In this document: piece by piece, positions 56,836-64,000 of the stretch
Position numbering within the stretch: the first letter of the stretch is position 1
Layout of the letters: every line of letters begins with the position of its first letter
Source of the DNA: a bacterium
Lineage (GTDB): Bacteria; Zhuqueibacterota; Zhuqueibacteria; Residuimicrobiales; Krinioviventaceae
Length of the DNA: 64,000 nt
NCBI GenBank assembly: GCA_963675755.2
Contig: CAXXMD010000003.1
Span: 1,952,001-2,016,000, forward strand
Direction of reading: 5' to 3'
Program-made: the position numbers and the translations under genes
Notes under the pieces: generated by a model
Told to the model about the DNA's origin: nothing
Database searches by the model: none
What the model saw: only the letters and a program-made list of their open reading frames with translations

Positions 56836-59800
56836 ATGGAGGTGTATAAAATGAAAAAAAGTAATTTTACTTATGGCACAAGTCTGCCTCGATGGTCAGG
56901 TATTGTGTTTATGATTCTGGCGATTTTATTCGCCTTAGGTCAAACTGCCTTTGGTTTGACCGTAACCGCTCCTGTTAATACTCTCCCCATTGGCGCTTCT
57001 GTCAATGATTTCGATGGTGATCATAATTACATGGTAGCTTTTGAAATATCAGTTCTAGCTGCAGATTTTGCCGCTATTGCAGATGGTGATAATATCCTGA
57101 TCAATTGTCCTACTGGTGTATATATAGCAGATACCGATGCAGGCTCTGACTATGATAATGAAGTTGGTATTTCTTATCATAGTACGGCCAATATTGGTTT
57201 TACTCTTGATGGATTATCTACCACTAGTAGTATGGTTGTTATTGATCTTGCCACTGCAGGTACAAATGGTGTAACAAATGGTGATGCTATAACGGTTTAC
57301 TTTCCGGTAATTACGTCCCCTAGTCTTGCAGATGGTGATACTTCAAGCTTTATTATTACTCTTGAAGATGTTGATACACCAGCGAATGATGTACTTTATT
57401 ATTCACATGTTACTTTTAGAGACAATCCGAGCCTGGTTAGCTTTGCAAGCACCTATTCTGCAAGTAACGATACGACAGATGAAGATGGTGCGCAATGGCC
57501 GAATTCTGGCACTGCAGCAATTACAGTTGCATTACCTGACCTGGTAACTGATCAAAATGGTGCTGGAACTGAAGGGCAAGTTGCTGACGCTGCAAACTGG
57601 TCAACAATTGCAGCTGCTCTTGATGGTGATGATACAACTGATGAAATCACTTATTCCTTATGGGCATCAAAATATGATACAGTTACAAAGATCAGTGGCG
57701 CTGTTGCCGAAGTTGTTGTAGCTCTTGATGTGGCTACAGATTTGCAGATTACTGATAATGAAGATGGTACCATGAATGTTGCTCTTGATGCATCACAGCT
57801 TGATGAAGGCGACTGGTATTTTTATGTTACATCCAATGTAACCGCTGACTGGGTGATTGGTATGAGTGGCATGGTACATGTTCGCCATTATCCATTCTTT
57901 ACTGATACAGATAATGATGCTATTGGTGTTGATTTTGATGGTGATGAAGTTTTTGAACCAGCAACTGATGATAATGTCAGTACCGTTGTTATGGATGTTA
58001 GCGGTGGTCTGGGTAAAGACGGCACTATTGGAAGCACCAGTGCAAGTGATGTAGATTTTTATATTAGTGTAAATGACTTTGATGATGAAGCCACATTTCA
58101 GGTTTTCCGCGTTCCTTCTTCTGTTTCACCAACCGCGGATAGTATCAAATTATCCGGTACAAGCCCAAGCCTGACAGTTACAGGACTTGGTGGCGGTACT
58201 GCTGTTACTTCTCAATCTGTTCTGGCTGAATTGCCATACTCTATTGTTAATTATTCTGCTATTCGCAGTGCAAGTGATTATGATCCCGTAGGTGATTATA
58301 ATATATGGGTAGTTGCCAATGATGGTAAACATCAGGCAATCCAGAAAATGAAAAATAATACTGCAGCAAGTGATCTTGAATTGACCATTTCAACATTTCC
58401 AAAATTTAATTTTGTAAGTAATGGTGATGTTACCGTTAATACCGACCAGCAGGAATACATCCTGATCAACTGGGGACGTACGATTGATATGGACAATGAC
58501 GTAGACGGTACCATGCGAATTAACCTGTATTGTAGTGATCTTGCGTGGGGTCAATTGAACTCTGGTGCAACCACAACTCCTGCAAATGTTGATACAACTT
58601 TGTTACCTGCAGATGCAATTGCTGATCCTACTCATACAGTACATATTGCTACTATCGTTGATACTTCAGACACTCAGGAAGCAAACCGTTACATGTGGAA
58701 TGTACGTGAATCCGGTTTGGAAGCTGGTGGACCTTACTATATTTATGCTATTGTAACCAGTGGTCCTGATGCAGCTATCGTTCGTATGAATGATTTGGAA
58801 AACATGTCTGAAGCTGCTGCTAATATTGATGAACTGACAGTTGCCCACGGCACCTACTTTTTGCCTGAATCACCGGTAGAGGGTGAAATTGCCAATCTGG
58901 GTATTGGTGACACTTATCAGTTAAAATGGACTGCATTTGATCTGGATGAAGTTACTGAAATGAAAGTTGCTGCTTTTATCGTTCCAGAAGATGAAGCTGC
59001 TCCTCCAGTTGCAGGTACAGATGATTTTACTACTATTGATGGAACTGCTAATTGGTTCTGGTTAACAGGAAGTGCTGCCGATCCACAAAATATTGTTACA
59101 TGGGCAAATGCAACCGATATGGTTGATGGCAAATTGATTGTAGATGTTAGTGATATAACAGAAGATATGGCAGGAACTGTTGTTGATCCTTCCGGTAATT
59201 ATGATGTATGGTACTTGTATGACACAGGTAGTGCTGAAGGCGCTGGCTCTGAAGACTGGAATGCTGTTGATGCTGCTGACGATGGTATTGTTAAGGCAGA
59301 CGGTAAACTCTATTTCTCTGAAGCTGTAGATAAAAACAGTACCTATAACTTTAGAATGGAACCCACCCAGATCGTAATGGAAAAAGGTGATACACTGACC
59401 ATTTCTGTCTATGCTTCTGATGCGAATCCAGGTGGTGGCAATGATGTAATGTGGTTGGAAACCTATTTGAATGTACCTTCAGAATTCTACGGTATTGTAG
59501 ATCAGAATACAGGTACAGCCGTTGTTGAGGGTTTTACTCCCAATACTGCAAATTTTGCAGGAACCACCACAAAAAATATTGCGGCTGATTCTACAGATCA
59601 TTACGAATTGGACTTGATCCGTCATGCTTCTGACCTTGCAACCGAAACCGATTTGAACGATGAAGTTATCGCAACCTTCCAGATTTATGCAAAAACTGAT
59701 GCTGTCAGTGAAGCCCTGGAAAGCGCAGCAATTACATTCAATACAACCGGTGAACGTACAAGTAGAATGTTTGACGCAGATTTTACCCAGTTGACTGCAA

Positions 59801-61101
59801 ATGTACCTCCTGCAGCTTCTACATTGAGCATGACCCCGCGTGGTAAACTCACCGGTTTGATCGATGTTGAAGGTCGCAGTGATTCAAGTCAGACTGTTGT
59901 TGTTTGGGTTTGTCCTACAGGTTCTTATGACAATATAACTGATGCTTCTTTTGTTGCAGCTAATGGCGACAGCGATGTATCTGATGGTATATCTGTTGTA
60001 CTGGATGCCAATGGTCGCTATAATTTGACCTCAGTTCCAACTGGCAAATATGATATTCTTGTACATAAAACTGGTTGGTTGGACCAAAAAGAATCAGCAG
60101 TAGTTGTTCAAGCTTATTCTACAACCACAGTTGATTTCTATAATGATGACAGACTGCTTGGTGGTGACTGTGCTGGTTACGATCATGATGGTGACACAGA
60201 TACTCAGTCTCTGCCTGATAATCAGGTTAACTCTACTGACCATACTGTATATGAAGGTGCATTCCATGCTACACCTGCGGATACTAACTGGAATATGTAT
60301 TGTGATGTAAACGGTGATGATTACATTGATGTTGTAGACGTTTACTATGTAGCTAACAATACCCCAGTAGGAAATGGTGAAGGTATTCTTTATAAAAAAG
60401 CTACTACTACTAATAGTGCAGAAACACTTGCTGAATTGGTAGAAGTAAAACGTGATAAAAATATCATTACCTATGCAGTTGTTGCTAAAAATTTCCCGGT
60501 ATTGCAGGCTTATTCTGCACAGGTCTTTATTGATGCTCAATCATGGGAACTGGTAGAATATACTGAAGCATTGCACAATACTGAATCTAAACTGTTCTTT
60601 ACCAAAGTTGTTGGTTACAATCATGAATTTGTATGCTCCGGTTATCAGGGAGTAGCTTCAAAAGAGATGAACCCGACATTGGTAACATTTACAGTAAAAG
60701 CCAAAGTTGAAAATCCAACTGATCTGAAATTACAGGATATCAAGTTGGTAGATGCTTATGGCCGTGCAAATACTCCGGTTATTTCAAGCGACGTTGAAGA
60801 TGAAGAAAGCGCATTGCCGACTGAATTCAGTCTGAGCAGAAACTATCCGAACCCGTTCAACCCAACAACTACGATCGAGTTCGCTCTGCCTAAAGCTGGC
60901 AATGTTACACTTACAGTTTATAATATGCTGGGACAACAAGTTCGTACCCTGGTTTCCACAGAGATGGCTGCTGGTAATTTCAAAGCTATGTGGGACGCTC
61001 AAGATAATTTCGGACGCAAAGTAAGTTCTGGTATGTATTTTTATCGCCTTGAAGTCGACAACAATGTTATTGGCACTCAAAAGATGCTGTTACTGAAATA
61101 G
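56836..61101 (+). CDS. Large acidic secreted surface protein with cohesin-like, carboxypeptidase-regulatory-like, dockerin-like and T9SS/FlgD-Ig C-terminal domains
   Basis: Signal peptide (AFG-L); D/T/A-rich; DVNGDDYIDVVD calcium loop; C-terminal LPTEFSLSRNYPNPFNPTT...SGMYFYRL...KMLLLK. Likely start is 56851 (GGAGGTG RBS). Confidence 0.85.
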   Translation: MEVYKMKKSNFTYGTSLPRWSGIVFMILAILFALGQTAFGLTVTAPVNTLPIGASVNDFDGDHNYMVAFEISVLAADFAAIADGDNILINCPTGVYIADTDAGSDYDNEVGISYHSTANIGFTLDGLSTTSSMVVIDLATAGTNGVTNGDAITVYFPVITSPSLADGDTSSFIITLEDVDTPANDVLYYSHVTFRDNPSLVSFASTYSASNDTTDEDGAQWPNSGTAAITVALPDLVTDQNGAGTEGQVADAANWSTIAAALDGDDTTDEITYSLWASKYDTVTKISGAVAEVVVALDVATDLQITDNEDGTMNVALDASQLDEGDWYFYVTSNVTADWVIGMSGMVHVRHYPFFTDTDNDAIGVDFDGDEVFEPATDDNVSTVVMDVSGGLGKDGTIGSTSASDVDFYISVNDFDDEATFQVFRVPSSVSPTADSIKLSGTSPSLTVTGLGGGTAVTSQSVLAELPYSIVNYSAIRSASDYDPVGDYNIWVVANDGKHQAIQKMKNNTAASDLELTISTFPKFNFVSNGDVTVNTDQQEYILINWGRTIDMDNDVDGTMRINLYCSDLAWGQLNSGATTTPANVDTTLLPADAIADPTHTVHIATIVDTSDTQEANRYMWNVRESGLEAGGPYYIYAIVTSGPDAAIVRMNDLENMSEAAANIDELTVAHGTYFLPESPVEGEIANLGIGDTYQLKWTAFDLDEVTEMKVAAFIVPEDEAAPPVAGTDDFTTIDGTANWFWLTGSAADPQNIVTWANATDMVDGKLIVDVSDITEDMAGTVVDPSGNYDVWYLYDTGSAEGAGSEDWNAVDAADDGIVKADGKLYFSEAVDKNSTYNFRMEPTQIVMEKGDTLTISVYASDANPGGGNDVMWLETYLNVPSEFYGIVDQNTGTAVVEGFTPNTANFAGTTTKNIAADSTDHYELDLIRHASDLATETDLNDEVIATFQIYAKTDAVSEALESAAITFNTTGERTSRMFDADFTQLTANVPPAASTLSMTPRGKLTGLIDVEGRSDSSQTVVVWVCPTGSYDNITDASFVAANGDSDVSDGISVVLDANGRYNLTSVPTGKYDILVHKTGWLDQKESAVVVQAYSTTTVDFYNDDRLLGGDCAGYDHDGDTDTQSLPDNQVNSTDHTVYEGAFHATPADTNWNMYCDVNGDDYIDVVDVYYVANNTPVGNGEGILYKKATTTNSAETLAELVEVKRDKNIITYAVVAKNFPVLQAYSAQVFIDAQSWELVEYTEALHNTESKLFFTKVVGYNHEFVCSGYQGVASKEMNPTLVTFTVKAKVENPTDLKLQDIKLVDAYGRANTPVISSDVEDEESALPTEFSLSRNYPNPFNPTTTIEFALPKAGNVTLTVYNMLGQQVRTLVSTEMAAGNFKAMWDAQDNFGRKVSSGMYFYRLEVDNNVIGTQKMLLLK

Positions 61102-61127
61102 ATTTCTGGTTCATTCTCTTCATGGCG

Positions 61128-61161
61128 AGGCCCTGTGGGATTTATCCCACGGGGCCTTTTT
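61128..61161 (+). terminator. Rho-independent terminator (second hairpin at 61165-61185)
   Basis: aggccctgtgggat-tt-atcccacggggcct plus T-run; then accgggta-aaaac-tacccggt. Confidence 0.88.
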
Positions 61162-61295
61162 GTTACCGGGTAAAAACTACCCGGTTTAATGATCTAATTT
61201 ACTTGAAAAGTGAATGGATTATTGTCGTTAGATTTAAATGTTGTTTCAAGTTATTGTTTTATATGGATTTGTGCGTATAGCGTAAGGCGTGTGGC

Positions 61296-61311
61296 TGGCA
61301 TGCCCTTTGCA
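61296..61311 (+). promoter_or_regulatory. Sigma54 (-24/-12) promoter
   Basis: TGGCATGCCCTTTGCA: GG (61297-98), 10-nt spacer, GC (61309-10); about 60 nt before the ATG at 61370. Confidence 0.78.
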
Positions 61312-61369
61312 TATAAAAGGCTGAGCAGAAAGATTTTTTGGTTTTTGGTTAAAAACATATTTGGGAAAC

Positions 61370-64000
61370 ATGAAGAATAATAGACTAGTATTATTTTTGT
61401 GGGTATTTATTGCCTATCCGATTTTGGCTTTTGCCGGTAATGCAGAGATCTGGATTGAACGAGCAGATATGAATCAATCGCGTCTTGTGTATATCGGTGA
61501 TGAGATCAAATTCAACATTATGATTGACACCCAAGGGGAAAGAATTACAGGTGTTACGTCTTATATTACTATAGATCCTGAATTTTTACAACCTGTTTTC
61601 CCTGGTGACCTTCCTTTTGGTAAACCTTTTACACCGGGTAGATTTTTAGAAATGACCGGTGATGCCGTTATTAACAGTACACACCAAGACAGTTTGCATT
61701 TGTCAGACCAACCTGGCTGGGGTAATGGAATTGATGATTTTCAAATGGATTATTATCAATCAACCGGATCCATTTTGAATGGTGTTCGACCCAGTGTTAG
61801 AGGGACGGGTATTGTTGCATCATTTATTTTACGAGTTGTGGGTATGCCTGATAACGCGAATGATTCAACAGCTATCGTCTTTGACTTTAAAAATGACGAC
61901 AACCGCCTTACAACATATTACAAGCTTGATGAGCCCAGCAATGAACAGCGTTTTGGCAAGTATATGAACTATAGTATGTTTATTGCAGGCTTTAGAATTT
62001 ATCCTGAATTTCCGGATACTTTGATAGCACCGGGTACAAACTATGAATTGAATCTGAATAATCATGTTACCAGTAATTCAGACAACTTTGAAATAAGCTG
62101 GAGCATGACGGAGCAGGAAGCCCTGAGTGGAGCGGTACCCACGCTTGATGACACGCTAGTTACGGTAACGACAACCCCAACGACCAAAGGTGTTCTCAAG
62201 CTGAACGTGCGAGGTGTGCAAAAAAACACCAATTATGTAGACAGCCAGGAATTTACTGTTGGAGTTGATCATGTCCCTGAATTCCACAGTTCTATACCAA
62301 CAGTAACGTTTAATGAAGATGAAGTGATAATGCTCTCCAAGTCTTATTTCTTTACAGACTTGGATGATGATTATGCTGATATAGAAGTAACACCTGGTTC
62401 AAGCAACCTTGTTATTGAAGAGGCGGGTGATTCGATACGGTTTGCTGCCGCACCGAATTGGTCCGGCAATTCAACCGCTGAACTGGTCGTTCAGGATCCG
62501 GTCCAAAGGATGGTGAATGATACAACAAGAGCAACCATTAACATTAATGTATTACCCATAAATGATCCTCCGGAATTGGATTTTTCTGAACTGGATCCCA
62601 TACCTGTTTTTTATGGTGTAGTAAAACAAATTATAATGCAGAACGGTGTTCATGTTAATGATGTAGATGATACGGAATTCACCTGGTCAGTGGAATCTAT
62701 GAATACCGATTACCTGGTAGCGGAATTTGTTAATGACAATGTATTAAGGCTTGAAGCCTTGAATTCCCAATTCTCAGGCAATGTTGATATTAAAATTACC
62801 GTAATGGATGATGAGATGGCTATGGATTCTTCTACCGTAACGGTAAATATTCAGCCAACCCCGGTAAAGTTGTTACCTATTCCTACTATTATAGTGATTT
62901 CAGGACAATCAAAAGATATTTTCCTGGATAATTATGTTGATTATCCCAGTAATATAAAATCTGAATTGATTTGGTCGTTTGAAGTGTTGGATTCAAAAAC
63001 ATTGCAGGAAGATACAAATGTTATATTGTCCTACAATTCAGATCAACAAGTGTTAACCATTTCAGCCATTGACGGACATTTGGCAATTGACGAACTTTAT
63101 GTCACAGTTTCTGCTGGTAATGAAAACAGGGATTCTGGTAAAACGTTATTAAAGGTTTTATCTGAAAATCAAATTTCCATTTTTCCGTTCCCGCAAGTGA
63201 CCATTATGCAAGGCATGGATTTGGATGTTCTGGATTTAAACGATTATGTTGTTGATCCACTGTATTCTATTGATGAATTGTCTTTTGGATATTCAGGCGG
63301 TGATTCTTTAAAAGGTGTAAGAATTGATTCATTAACACACAAGGTTACCATTTCGGCGGATACTGTGTTTTTAGGTCTGGATAGTTTAAACATTGTTGCG
63401 CAAAATCCCGATGGAGATATAGCAACTCAAAAGTTGTACGTAAACTGTATCGAGTACAATCCTAATCCTGTTTTCATGACGCCATTGCCGGATGCGTATT
63501 ATTATTGGAAAATGCTGATACCTCAGGAATTTGTAGATCTTGATGATTATGTTTGGGATTTTTCAACACCGGACTCGTCGATTATCTGGCGTATTGATTA
63601 TAATCATCTCTATTTAGATATTGTGAAAACAGAAGAGAATCTTGTTAAAATATCCACTTTTGATAAAATTGGTGATCAGATGGTCATCTTTACAGCGACC
63701 AACCTCGCCGGATATTCAACATCTGATACGGTTATTGTTACAATTGCCAAACGCGGAGAACCCGTTTGGAGAACCATTCCACCTATTGAGATTAGCAGTG
63801 GACAAATATATTCATCACTTTATTTAAATCGCTTTTGTATTGCTGGTGGGAATGAAATCACATTTTCCGCCGAATATGATAATCGTGACTTGAATGTAAA
63901 TATCAATAGCAATACAACACAGGTAACCATTTCAGGTGTAGATGGCTTTAGTGGTACATCTCCGGTGATCTTTAAGGCAACGAATCAGGATACCAGCTCA
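61370..64000 (+). CDS. Large secreted protein: N-terminal cohesin-like domain plus cadherin-like (tandem ~95-aa Ig) repeats; runs off the window
   Basis: Not in the ORF track. Hand translation gives 877 codons with no stop seen: MKNNRLVLFLWVFIAYPILAFA-GNAEIWIE...VYIGDEIKFNIMIDTQGERITGVTSYITIDPEFL...GTGIVASFILRV, then repeats such as IPTVTFNEDE...PNWSG...VLPINDPP and LDLNDYVVDP. Confidence 0.88.
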   Translation, partial: MKNNRLVLFLWVFIAYPILAFAGNAEIWIERADMNQSRLVYIGDEIKFNIMIDTQGERITGVTSYITIDPEFLQPVFPGDLPFGKPFTPGRFLEMTGDAVINSTHQDSLHLSDQPGWGNGIDDFQMDYYQSTGSILNGVRPSVRGTGIVASFILRVVGMPDNANDSTAIVFDFKNDDNRLTTYYKLDEPSNEQRFGKYMNYSMFIAGFRIYPEFPDTLIAPGTNYELNLNNHVTSNSDNFEISWSMTEQEALSGAVPTLDDTLVTVTTTPTTKGVLKLNVRGVQKNTNYVDSQEFTVGVDHVPEFHSSIPTVTFNEDEVIMLSKSYFFTDLDDDYADIEVTPGSSNLVIEEAGDSIRFAAAPNWSGNSTAELVVQDPVQRMVNDTTRATININVLPINDPPELDFSELDPIPVFYGVVKQIIMQNGVHVNDVDDTEFTWSVESMNTDYLVAEFVNDNVLRLEALNSQFSGNVDIKITVMDDEMAMDSSTVTVNIQPTPVKLLPIPTIIVISGQSKDIFLDNYVDYPSNIKSELIWSFEVLDSKTLQEDTNVILSYNSDQQVLTISAIDGHLAIDELYVTVSAGNENRDSGKTLLKVLSENQISIFPFPQVTIMQGMDLDVLDLNDYVVDPLYSIDELSFGYSGGDSLKGVRIDSLTHKVTISADTVFLGLDSLNIVAQNPDGDIATQKLYVNCIEYNPNPVFMTPLPDAYYYWKMLIPQEFVDLDDYVWDFSTPDSSIIWRIDYNHLYLDIVKTEENLVKISTFDKIGDQMVIFTATNLAGYSTSDTVIVTIAKRGEPVWRTIPPIEISSGQIYSSLYLNRFCIAGGNEITFSAEYDNRDLNVNINSNTTQVTISGVDGFSGTSPVIFKATNQDTSS

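Overview
Bacterial chromosomal DNA of roughly 40% GC by eye. It is most likely from an FCB-group or neighbouring lineage (KSB1/Calditrichota-like), inferred from the 'NYPNPFNPTT...SGMYFYRL' C-terminal sorting domain and the gene content. I could not support any rRNA, tRNA, CRISPR array, integrase or transposase. Most of the window is housekeeping and envelope genes (gpmI, tkt, rnz, plsY, trxB, amidase, nadB, hisS, dtd, maf, mpl). Two CDSs truncated by the window edges are absent from the ORF track: a GH141-like beta-helix protein (1-1569, -) and a cohesin plus Ig-repeat protein (61370->64000, +). The main points of interest are: (i) a 12.5-kb minus-strand cluster with five paralogous membrane GT2s, a methyltransferase, a flippase-like protein, a Wzi-like barrel, a radical SAM enzyme and a PHP-type hydrolase; (ii) two large secreted proteins with cohesin-like and dockerin-like modules, each behind a sigma54 -24/-12 promoter; (iii) a densely base-paired ~240-nt intergenic element at 16867-17102 that folds on the minus strand; (iv) an archease-rtcB pair; (v) a degenerate arabinokinase-like GHMP protein; (vi) a DGGGP-synthase-like prenyltransferase. 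All family calls come from motif recognition by eye; no database searches were run.
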